The notes under the pieces: generated by a model
Told to the model about the DNA's origin: nothing
Seen by the model: only the letters and a program-made list of their open reading frames with translations
Databases searched by the model: none
From: Blastocystis sp. subtype 4
Lineage: Eukaryota
Direction: 5' to 3'
NCBI RefSeq assembly: GCF_000743755.1
Contig: NW_014569419.1
Span: 1 to 34,913, forward strand
Length of the DNA: 34,913 nucleotides
Made by a program: the position numbers and the translations under genes
Shown: one piece after another, positions 11,201 through 23,000 of the stretch
Layout of the letters: every line of letters begins with the position of its first letter
Position numbering within the stretch: position 1 is the first letter of the stretch

Positions 11201-13311
11201 GAGAGAGAAAGGATAATGATACGATAACTGAATCATAGGATAAGAGTTATGAAGAATAATTTCAGTCATATGATCATACACAGCATGATAAATTTCATTC
11301 TTAACTGCTGCTGATTCTGCATTTGTGATATAGAGAAATAACAGAGGAGTGAGAGTATCAACATAACAGATAGAGGCAGTAACCACACAACTCAAATACA
11401 TCTGTTACTAAGACAATGAATAGAATGCTACTCGAATAGATACAATGGATGTGAAAATCATACCACTGTATGGAGTTGAGAAGAGTGTATACAGTCTATC
11501 ATGAAACTCAACTGCAAGATCTGATGACAATTTCTCCCAAAGGAGTGGATCGAATATCACATGTGTTAAATACTCTTTGATAACCATTCTATCAGGAGTA
11601 TGATCAAAGAGAATCAACGTCCTTACAAAAGAACATAATGATTCAATCATAGAAGAAGTGATAAGTGATCCTTGAATATCATGGAAGCATGATGATAGCA
11701 GATTCATTAAATCATTATCATAAACGCTGATCAACAAAGATGGATCGATGCGAAAGAGTAATTCAAAGGATTGAAGGAGTGTTTGAAGGAGAGTCACATG
11801 AACTAATGGTTATGTCAGTTATGCAAACTCACATTCATTCTTTGGTGACTGCAAGAGAATACTATGAAGACCAACAAGCAATCGGTGATGAGGATTCTGT
11901 TCCAAACTAGAGAGAGACGTGAAAAATAAACACATACATGAAGGGAAGGAGAGACGAACAGACAACAAAAGGAGCAGTTCCTCGATCCATCCTATACCAG
12001 CGACGATTTCCTTCTATTGGCACACTCGATATATTATCGCGAGTAAACTCAGTTGTTCCTCTATTGACAAGGGCACAGAAGCATCCGTTCTACATCTAAT
12101 CGCAAAAAATCATCTCAAACAGACATCGATTCAAAGTTCACTCGAAGAAGCTGGATGATTTGATCATCTGAATCCAGACACATTCGTTCAGGTCTTAACA
12201 TTCCTTCCGCAGGTTCCAAATGAGGAGGCAATTGTTCCGTCTGATAGAAATGAGGACCCAGTGTGCATCTGATCTTAACATCTACGTAAAAGACTTACTG
12301 TCTCGATAACGTGCGTTCATCCAATGTGCCCTGAGAGATCGTGAGATTATTCACCACAACACCCGAAGTCAAGCTCTCTCTTTGCAGAATAGGATTCGCT
12401 CGCTCTTTGGAATACACCGCTTTTTGAGAATAAGAATTAGAATCTCCAATCACAAAGACAGATTCTCCTACTGTGAATGGATAAAGGATATCAGATTGAC
12501 TACATAGATAGTTATCAATATATAAGCAAGTATGAGTAGTAGAGGAGAAGGAGAGAGTGAGTAAGAAGCCATTCTTTTCAAGAAGAGAATCAGGAATAGG
12601 AAAGAGAATAGGAAGTACATATCGTGATCTTTGAGAAGAAGATCTGATATTGATCATACAATCATAAAGTACCCTTGAAGAGAACGAATTTCTATACTTA
12701 CGAAATGATGTTTGGAGGATTGAGTAGGACAGATCAAGCCAATCTATCTAAGATATGTACAACATTCATACTGTCATGTGGAATTCCTTGTTAGAACAAG
12801 ATAAAAGCGGAATTGTACACTCAACAGAAGTTGGAGTGTGTAATGAGACCAGACTCAACCACAATTGAATCAATACACTATAAATCAAACTAAAGAACTG
12901 TTTCCAACGGTTTTGAAGTATCCAAAGTCAAAGCACCAAGTTGAAGACCTGATGATAACAGATTCGTTGTCCCGAAAAACAACCCACCAGATGTTATTGG
13001 GGTAGAAAAGTGATTCCTTAACTCCTTTTCAACCAACTTGTTGAAGAGAGAATAAAGTTCAACAGCAAATTCTATTTCTCAGATAAATCAAAACAGTATC
13101 ACCATTACAAGTGAAATAGGTTTCAAAAATGTCGAAGAATTGTGCAACATCCTTTGGAGACAAGATATTTGATTCTAAAGTATTACAGAACTTCTCTTGC
13201 ATTTCTATATCCATTCCTGACCAATTTTTCTGAGCATAGGAAAGGAACTCTTCCAAATCCATCCCTATTCAATCATATCTAAGTAACACAATTACGACTT
13301 TCCTGGAACAT
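5225..13311 (-). CDS. Large BEACH-domain protein (neurobeachin/LYST/Lvs family): ConA-like region, helical region, PH-like region, BEACH, insertion, WD40-like C-terminus; many introns
   Basis: BEACH signatures: W.[109 protein letters not shown]. Collinear minus-strand ORFs run from about 13.3 kb to 5.2 kb. The start is uncertain (13311 via a 31-nt intron, or 13262). The stop is inferred as TG plus poly(A) at 5226-5225. Confidence 0.88.
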
Positions 13312-13543
13312 CTTCAGAATGGATGAAGATTCAACCTATCGAGTAAAGATAACAATCAACACCTACAATCGGATCTGTAGATCCTTGGATATCTTCCATA
13401 GACAATAAATAGATATATTAATATAGAGAATATAGAGGATGAATCCCTGTAATCAAGACTCCAAAAATCGGTGTGATTCTGGATGCAGAAACAGATTCGA
13501 TTTTACGGTACCTATGAAACCCCATTATTGAAAACAACAGATA

Positions 13544-13978
13544 ATGAAGACCTACTGGATTGTTTGCGCGCTGTTTTTGTTTATGATGGTATCTGCAGAA
13601 TGGGAAACTGTAGATTGTGCTGAAAAGTCCGTTGTAAAAGCCATCAATGTATGGTTCCGAAAGGTTGGTAATCGTTAGTACGCAGAAACAAAAATCAAGG
13701 AGTCACTTCCTGAAACTATTACCTATCATGTGGATCATGCTATTACATGTAAGAAGGAAACCATTGATTCTACTACCTATTATGGTTTAAGCCTTCACGG
13801 ACTGGACACTACCCTTAAGTATTATGTATTGAACTCGATATCTTGTCATATGTAGGTTCACAATGTTGTTACTCATCTTACAATGACTGGTGATTATGTT
13901 CTTGATTCCAAGATCCTCGTAGCTAGTAAGAGTCTTTCAGAAACCCAGAAGTATCCTTGGGAAGGAACTCTATATTAA
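13544..13978 (+). CDS. Small secreted protein (124 aa), possibly cystatin-like fold
   Basis: Two 30-nt introns give MKTYWIVCALFLFMMVSA|EWETVDCAEKSVVKAINYAETKIKESLPETITYHVDHAITCKKETIDSTTYYGLSLHGLDTTLKYYVHNVVTHLTMTGDYVLDSKILVASKSLSETQKYPWEGTLY*. The signal peptide is clear and TGTTTGTT lies at 14019-14026. The gene itself is well supported; the fold is inference. Confidence 0.65.
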
Positions 13979-14126
13979 GGCATTCTGATTCTCTGCTACT
14001 TCGACATGTAATCAATGTTGTTTGTTACCAAAGTGAATGCCATGGCATTGTGGTTACTTTTGTTGTCGAATTCGATCTATATACTTTTCATTTTCATTGA
14101 AACATGACCTAAACATACTCTTGGCA

Positions 14127-15389
14127 ATGGAACACTTTGAATCTGGAATGGAAACAATAGATCCAGAACAACTTTATATTGTCTCAAATGATCATTCTAC
14201 AGTTTCTCCGCTATCTCCTGTAGTCTTAGAGCATCCTTCTTCGAAAGTGGTTGCTTCCGAACTAAAAAATGTCCAGACCTATACCGATCCTCTAATGATT
14301 TCGTCTCCTGTATGTGTTTCAGAGGATTCTCTCGTTAGTGTTGAGATTCCTAGTCCGCACTCCTCTTTTATTGGTGATGTGTATATTCCTTCAACTCTTC
14401 AGTTTAGTAAAAAGCAGGACATTGGTGAGATTGGTGAGTCGGAACAACCTAATGCCTACGCTGTTGTCGTGGACGGTGGTTTGAATATAAATGAAAAAGA
14501 AAGACAAAAGGAGAGAAAGTTGCTGATTCCCGAGATTACTCAGGAGTCGTCAGTATTAATTGAAACAACAACAGCATTCTTTTCAGAGTCAGTGACAGTG
14601 AATCACATGACTATTGAGTATGGTACTTGTAATAAGCGCTCCCTTACAACTGTAAATTTATCGGATTTTCCCTCTCTTATCTCGTTTACTGTTCGTAGTT
14701 GCTCTTTTAAGCATACAGAGAAGTGTCATCTTGTGAATTGTCCCAAACTCAAGTGTGTGAGTATCGAGGAAATGTGTTTTACAGTTTATAGACAGAGCAG
14801 TGATGTAATAACGGGAAAACAGAATACAGAATTTCTTGTGGAGAATTGTCCAAAACTAAAGGAAATTTCAATTGGACCGTATTCATTTTATGAGTACACA
14901 AAGTGTACATTCCGTACTCTACCATCTTTAAGAAGATTGACATTTGGGAAATACAATGTTGATTCTTGTAACTTTGCTTCTTGTCCTATGTTAGAACTAA
15001 TTCGTTTAAAATGGATAGAAATCTAAAGAATAGAATTGCCTAGATTGAAAGTAGTTGTTTTTGGCTCTTATTCTTTTTATCATTGTTCTTATCTCATAGT
15101 ATACTGTAATGGATTCGAATTGAAGTGATAAGTAGCAAATCCTCAATTATCCAAGTTGATGATCAGTGACCATTCCTTCTCAGGTGATTCTGATAGGCTT
15201 CCAATTCGTGTAATAGGTAGAATCTAACAGATATATGAAAGGATAGATGTGACCTCCATCAATATGTTCCTTGTTCCTAATAACTGGTCATATCTGAAAT
15301 ACACTGTAGATGAATCGGATTCAGAAATCTCTACCTCAGAAGAAGAACCTCGGAAAAGTATACTTTGTACTGTACAGTCAAATGTTTAA
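14127..15389 (+). CDS. Leucine-rich-repeat-like (beta-solenoid) protein with a low-complexity N-terminus and a possible C-terminal CaaX (CTVQ)
   Basis: Repeats: LSDFPSLISFTVRSCSF, LVNCPKLKCVSIEEMCF, VENCPKLKEISIGPYSF, FRTLPSLRRLTFGK, QLPRLKVVVFGSYSF, SNPQLSKLMISDHSF. Three 30-nt introns after 15003 extend the frame to ...EEEPRKSILCTVQ(SNV*). Confidence 0.72.
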
Positions 15390-15397
15390 AACAAACA
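15383..15397. terminator. Overlapping bidirectional 3'-end element: TGTTTAAA on + (LRR gene) and TGTTTGTT on - (SMC4)
   Basis: tgtttaaaacaaaca lies between convergent genes. Each half is 4 nt from an in-frame T (15378 on +, 15402 on -). Confidence 0.7.
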
Positions 15398-15399
15398 CG

Positions 15400-18300
15400 T
15401 CATTCTTCAGTAACTGTACACAATTCTACTGGATTGATTGAAACAGAATCCGTGCAATTATCCGTCTTGTAAATGCCTACCAATCGATCTGCCAATTCAA
15501 ACATATTATTACGAAGTGAAATCACGATAAACTGAGCATTTTTCGTTCGTTCTTTGATGTAATGAGCAACAATACTCACATTTCGGAAATCAAGGGCAGC
15601 ATCAATTTCATCCATCACATACAATGGAGTTGGTTTATAATGATGTAAAGCAAAGACTAATGCAAGAGATGATAATGTCTTCTCTCCTCCACTCAAATTG
15701 CTAATATTCTTCCATGACTTCTTTGGTGGACGGACACTAAACACAATACCTTCAGAGAATGGATCTAATGAATCCACTAATTCCAACTCAGCATCTCCAC
15801 CAAGAGTAATCATTTGGTACATTTCCTTCAACTTCAGTGTGATTGTATTGAATCCATCCATGAACTCTGTGAGTCGTTGCTTACGCAAATCATCAAACTC
15901 CTTTCTAACAGTATCTCGTCGTGTTGTCACATCATCCAATTCCTTCTCTCGTAATTTGTATTCTCTATCCTTCGCTCTGAATCTACCAATCATTCTTCTT
16001 ATCATTATGCTACTCAGATATTGCACTCAGATTCACATTCTTCTTCAGATTATCCTTCTCTGCTTCTAATCGCAATATATTCCTCTCAATACGAGTCTTA
16101 TCAATACTTGCTAAACGTTCTCTTGACACATCAGGAATGATTCGATAGGCAGGATCCGATCGAAGAGTTTCTTCTTCCATTCCATTCTCTCGATGTTCCT
16201 CCTCCATTCCATTCTCCCGAGATTCTTCCTCTTCATTCTCTTGAGATTCTTCCTCCATATGACCTTCAGCCAAGACAGGATCATCCTGATCATCCAATTC
16301 TCGTGTGTTTTCCCAAGTCTTCTTACGAAGTGTTTCAATTTTCTTCACCCAAATCTCTCGTTGTTTCTCTAACTCTTCTAACTGCTTCGCCAGACCAGCA
16401 CAACATTCCTCCAACGTTCCTAGAGCAACTTCAGTCTCACCATTCTCCTTCTTAAGTCTCTCATAAGCAGTAGTGGCTGCATCCATCTCCTTCTGCTTAC
16501 CAGCTTGGGATTTTTGGGCTAATTCGAATGCTGCCAGCAACTGAGCTGCTTCTTTTTCAATCAACTCAAACTGAGTCTTTGCAGCTTGAATTGCTTGTTC
16601 AGCATCACTCACATCCTTAGCAAGACGGATATTCTCTTCCTCCAGTTGCTTGATTGCTTTGTGTGTGGCTCGTAACTTCACCTTTGTGGAACTAATTTCC
16701 TTTTGCATGGAAGCGTGTTGATCTGCTGTAGCTTTCAATTCTCGACGACGCTTCTGAATGGCTTCACCACCTACCAGTTCGATCTCCTTATCAATCGCTT
16801 TGATTCGATCTTCATATGATTTAATCTCTGATTGAAGTCCTTTCAATTTGATCTCATCGTGACCAATCTCTGACTAACAGTCATTCGTCTTACTAACACA
16901 TACTTCAAGTTCAATACAACGCTGTTGATTCTTTGCTGCTGATTCGAGTTCAGTCATCAAAGCACGTTGTTCATCAGCTCTCTTCTCGACAGTAGATCGT
17001 AATGAAGTCACATCAATGTCCAACTTTGATATCTCGAGCTGTAGTTTTGGGAGTGATTCTTCAAGCTCCTGAATACGACTCTAATGATCAGAACTTCAAT
17101 CAACAACCACCTTCATTTCAGTAAACGTTTTGCGTATCTGATTATATCGCTGTTCCAACACATTCACAGCACCTACTAACTCTTCCATACTCTGCTGTAT
17201 CTTCTCCTCTCCTAAGGATGATCTCTTGTTCTTATCCTTCAATTTCATTGATCCGTGAGATTGTTTCACACCTCCTCCAGACATTGTTCCATTCAATTCA
17301 ATCAGCTGACCTGACATTGTCACGACACGATAACGAGCATGCCCTTTCTCCTTAAATGCAATTTTGGATGCCTAGATAAGAGAGAATGAGAAAAGAAACC
17401 TGATCAATAGATGAGGTCACGAGTGTATCAGAAAAAGCAAAATAGAATGCTGGAAGCAACTTCTCGTCAAATACATGAATCAAATCAAAGAGACGTTTGG
17501 AGTTAGGAGGACAAGTGAATGGAGTTTGCATTCGACGAACATATCGTCTTTACATCAATGAATCAGTCTATACGTACTGCATTTCCTCTAGAATAATGAA
17601 ACGAGAACGGCCTGCATTGTATTTCTTCAAGTACTCCACACACTGACGTGCAGCAAGGGAGTTTTCAACCACAATATAATTTAGAGCTGGACTGGCTGTG
17701 CTCGCTGCTACATCATACTGAGCGTCTATCTCTGCTAAATCTCCTAATCGTCCATAGATCTTGACTGAGGCCAATTCACCATCTAGGAATCATGAGATCA
17801 TCGAGGAATCACTTGGTTGTGATGCACGAAGTAATGTAGCTAGAACTCCTCGGCGATTCTGCAGTTCAGAGGCTGTACGCTTTTGTTCAGAGAGCTATCG
17901 ATCAATGGTCATCCAAGATCAAACTTGTCCTAACTTGATTCGACGTTCTTGTTCAATCGAATTCAGTTCCTTCTCGACCTCTTGCTGCTGCTTTCGGGTT
18001 TGTTCCAATTCTGCTGTCTACATATCGTAATCCACTCAAATCCTCACTCCATTCTCATACGCAACCTTCTTTTGCTCCAATTCCACTAACTTCTTGTTTA
18101 ACTACACTTCAACATGGTTCTCATTTCAACTTCAGTTGTTAGTGATTCAATCGCCTCCTTCACAGTCGTCAAATTGGATTCCAATCGATCACGTCGAGAA
18201 GTCATTGTATCTAACTCCGTACGTTTCTCTTGCAATGCAGAATCTTGCATAGCAAATCGTTCTCGTAAAGGATGTAATGATGTCTAGTGATTATGAATTA

Positions 18301-19758
18301 TCATCCGTCTCATACTTCAATCTCAGTTCGACGTTCTTTCAATCGATTAATCTCCTCCTTATACTTCGTTAATACTTGAGACAATTCCTCTTCCAGTTTC
18401 TCTTTCTTCTCCATCACAACAACAACATCTCTTTCCAATCGAGTCAAATTAGCTTCCATTGTTACTACACTCTTCTCCTTTGTTTCTTTCTCTTCCTCAT
18501 TTGTCTTACATTTGCCTCGTAATCTCTTCAAATTTGCTTTCTGGGCCTTCATATTCTCATGATATTGGATATCTTTCCTTTCATAAGCATCATATTCATC
18601 TTTGCAATGCTGTAATTCTTTGTTGATTGCTTCATATTCCTCATTCACTTTCTTCCGTTGTTCTTCCATTGCTTTCAGTTGTTCTGTATTTGCTGTTAGT
18701 TTGGATCGAAGTTCATTTAGCTTATCAAGTGAACTTGAATTTGAATGACGAATCTCTTCTTCTTCCTGTGTACTTTCATAGAGATAATATTGATAGAGAA
18801 GAGCTTGTTCACGAGCTAATTCACGTTCCTTGTTCAAATACAGGTCTGCTTCCTTCTTACCTATTTCCAGAGTATTTCGTTCTTTTTCAACAATCTAGGA
18901 TTAATCATATCATCAATTATCACTTTCACGCGATTTAATACTTCACCGCGGGAATCATTTAACTTTTCAACTTCCACTTCCTTTGCTTCAATAAGTGGTA
19001 CATATTTGGCACTTCCAATAATATCCTCCAAGTACTCTAATAATCCCTCTTCACTATCACTGGTTCTCTATAAATGAACTATGAATCCCATTTCCACTTT
19101 TGGTTTCATCAGAGAAATTTGTTCGACTTCGCCTTGAAGGATAAGGAAACGATTGTTGTCCAGATCAATTCCTCGCTTCTTTAGTAGAGTTGTTACTTCA
19201 GAAGCATTACTCGCTTTATTGTTAATGAAGTATTTACTAGAGTTATTGAGATAGGCAACACGACTGATAATCACTTGCGAGTTTGGCACAATCGTAAAAC
19301 TAAAGAAATATCATTCTGTATATCCTACCTGTCACCATCTCCGTCAATAATATCCTCAAAATGAACAGAAACGCGAGCAAACTGGCAAGGAGCAACATTT
19401 GCACTATTGTGAATCAGTTCCGAAACCTACGATTGTCACTAAATCTCAACAGGAATTACCCTTTTCAATCGAAGCTTTGATGCACGTTTTCCAAAGACAA
19501 AGAGAAGAGCATCGATTACATTCGATTTTCCACTTCCATTCGGACCTACAATTGCCGTAAAGTTCTTATGAAAAGGACCAATTTCCTATAAATGACAAGA
19601 ACATGAAAACAATCAACTCTCACCCCGGCATACGACTTAAAGTTCTCGAGAACCAGCTTCTCAATAACTAAACGAGGAAGACCCTTTTCGGGAAGATCAG
19701 CGTCTAGTTCTGGTGTTTGACTCAACTCTGGTTTCGATGAATTCTCTTCGACTTCCAT
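15400..19758 (-). CDS. SMC4: Condensin subunit SMC4
   Basis: N-terminal [17 protein letters not shown] and [30 protein letters not shown] (Walker A), [24 protein letters not shown], hinge [18 protein letters not shown] and [15 protein letters not shown]-terminal [72 protein letters not shown]. Confidence 0.97.
16170..16260 (-). repeat. Short degenerate coding tandem repeat in SMC4 ([29 protein letters not shown])
   Basis: On the + strand, ttccattccattctc and gagattcttcctc units recur. They encode an acidic insert in the C-terminal coiled coil. Confidence 0.65.
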
Positions 19759-20083
19759 GAAGAAAAACCAGCGGTGATGGATGATCTGAAAGGCGCAAAT
19801 TCAAATCCTTGAAACGCCCCAGAGAATACAACTGTGGGGATCCCCAGTAGATGTGGATGGATGTCAGTTAAGTGTAAATAAATAGATACTGCATTGTAGA
19901 GCACAATTCAATGAAATTGGGTAAGATGATGAACAAACATAGATCTCCACCAAACTCTGCTGATCACCTTTCTTAGGAGTAAAACTCATTTCAGAACCAA
20001 ACGAAGTATATCTATTGATCCTTCCAATCCTCACAGAATCAGGTCGTTTTCAGTCATTTCTTCTTCTTTCGAATTTCCAACGA

Positions 20084-23000
20084 ATGAAGGGTCCGAACTA
20101 CATCCATTGTGTTACCGGTGAAATTAACGCGATTTTGAGTCAGATGAAGCTCAGCACGCGTTACACATCGGGACAACGGTTTTACAAGGAGATACCGATG
20201 GTTGTACATGATTTCGTAGTATTTTCTCACTTACTAGCTGGAAACGCCATTAATGCGGACTTTCAAGTCTCTTCATGAGCGAATCAGTGTCCACAACGAC
20301 CTTGAAGGGCTTGATCCTATGGAATATTTCGGTCCATTCCTCGATTTAGTTGAAAACCCAGAAACACCGTAACCTGCGTGATAATGGAGTGAAATGTAGT
20401 GCAGACTTGACGCAGTTGGCATTGTCGTCAATCGACAAATTTATTTTATATGGTTTAGTTACTAAAGATGTGAGTGTTGAATATCGCTTTCTGAGTTCTA
20501 GTCTCCTGCTTCTATTGTCGTGATTAATCGTATCGCTAACGCTCTATGCAACTGTAGATTTGAGAGTACATACACGACAACAGAGGAATCAGTATATCAA
20601 TACCTCTTGGATATTATTCTGAACTGTATTCGTTGTGATGCAGGAATCGATTTAACAAGGAAGCGAGCATGGGCAATTATTGATACTGTTTATAACATGG
20701 CATTTAAATGGAGTGTTACTCCTGTGATTGATGAGTGATGGGGATGATGCAATAGTTACTTCAGAAGTCTGCGGTCAATACATTGACTCACATCATATTG
20801 ACCTTGTTCTCTCGTTTGCGTCATCCAGAGAGTTTCAATTGTGAAATGCCATTACAAGAGAAGGGATCTTTGAGAGTACCTGTTGCCCACTTGAGTATGA
20901 GTTCCCATGAGAAGGATTCGAAAGGAACTGAAGCAGGATTGAGTTCACCTGAATCACACTCACCTGAGAAAGAAACTCCAGAGAATGAAACGTCGTGTAA
21001 TGATACAGCCACTGAAGTGGTGATTACAGAACCAGCTTCTGGACAAGAAGAAGAACATGGTGAAGAAGGAAGTGAGGAAGAAGAAGATGAAATGAGTGTT
21101 GATGAAGAAGAAGAAGAATTGATTCCATATGATATCTCTCTTCTTCATCAACTCCTTTCGTTCTTGATATCCCTTACAGATCCCACAAAGTGAGAATATC
21201 TCTGTGTTTTCATTCTTAGTCCTTCGTTAGTAACTTTGTCATATGGACTCACAACAATCAATACATTATTAGAAATGAATGGAGATATTCTTGGCAACTA
21301 TTCATGTCTGGTAGAATTATTACAAGGTTCCTTCTGTAAGTATTTGATTCAAAACAGCCAGTCTGAAGACACGGCTATTCTCACTCTGACTCTTCGTGTA
21401 ATCTTTAATCTCTTTCAAAGTCTTAAATCATTTCTTAAGGTCCAACTGGAAGTCTTCTTCAATTCTGTTCATATTCGTCTTGCTGACATGTTTGATACGT
21501 AAGGATTTACTCAGTTATAGGGTACCTGGATCTCTTCATGATTTCTTACTGAAAGAAGCATCTCTGGAGAGTCTTCTAGACTTCTGTCAAGAGCCCACAG
21601 TAATGATTGATTTGTATACGAATGTATGAATGTTTTTCCAATATCAGAAGTAGTATGATTGTGATATTCAATGTACCAATCTCTATGAACGTTTATGTGA
21701 TTGCTTATATCGGAATTCTCTCCCTCAAGACAAGAAGCCACTTACTTCGATCAATACTCTTGCTTTCCAAGGACTCTTAGCTGTATTTCCACTGTTCATT
21801 TCTAATCATAGATTCTCCATTCAATAGCTCAACGATGCAAAGCAAAACATGAGGATCATGAGATTACTGATGCTCATACTAATATTCTCCGAAGACGACA
21901 CCGAAAGAAGATCCTTCATGAATTTGCTCTTATTTTCAATGCAGGATTCAAGAAGGATGATTGGATTGACTATGCAATCGTACTAGTCTTGATATACCTT
22001 GATCCCTAGAAACAGAATCTCATATCTTCTAAGGAGGATTTCCAAGGAATTGCTGAACTCTTACGTGAAACAACTGATATTGATAAGACTGTGTTAGGCG
22101 AAGCTCTTGCCTACAGTGAAGATCGGAACCCCTTCTTAGCGAAACTTCGTCTTCACTTCATTCGAACGTTCTCATTTACTGATATGCCGCTTGATATGGT
22201 TCTGCGGAGTTTCTTGGGAACGTTCCGTATTCCAGGAGAGGCGCAGGCTATTGATCGAATCATGGATGATCTATCTGTTGTCGTGTACAAATTCCCTCGT
22301 ATTTGTGACATAGATATGAAACAAATCCAGGACCATTTCTGTCATCAGGAGCCTTATTCTCATTGTTGTTTTCATGCCTTCTCTTGAATACAGATCTTCA
22401 CAATCCTGGAGTCAAGAACCGAATGACCTTTGAGGATTTTTGTCGAAATAACCGTGGGATGAATGATGGTCAAGACTTCCCAACAGATTACCTTCAATAT
22501 TTGTATGAGAGTATTCGAACACAGGAAATCAAACTCTTATCAAGTGGAGAGAGTCTGGATTTGTCCCATTGGGAGCAAGATATCAATTATCGTGTGAATA
22601 AGGTGAGTGAAGCAGTTTTCTCAGGAATCTCAGAGGAATCGGGTGTAGCTGGTGACTGTGAACGTGAGATGTTTCTCATTATTGAATCGAAAGTGAATGA
22701 AGTCTGTCAAGTAATGTTTACCACTAGTGAAGACGAACAATTGTTACAGAAGACGATCACTGGAATGAGTGATTATTTGCATGTTGCTCATTTCTTTGAT
22801 TTGAAGAGTAACTTCTCTTCATTACTCCAATATTGCTCTGAAGTATTACCATCTCTAATCACTCTTACTTCATCTCCTCAGCCACCAACACCATTAAGTG
22901 AGAATGAGAGTGTTAGTAACATTCATACTTGGAAATGTGTTCACTTATTGCAGTTCTTTCTTAATAGTGTCTCTGTTTATGCTACAAGTCTTGAACAAGT

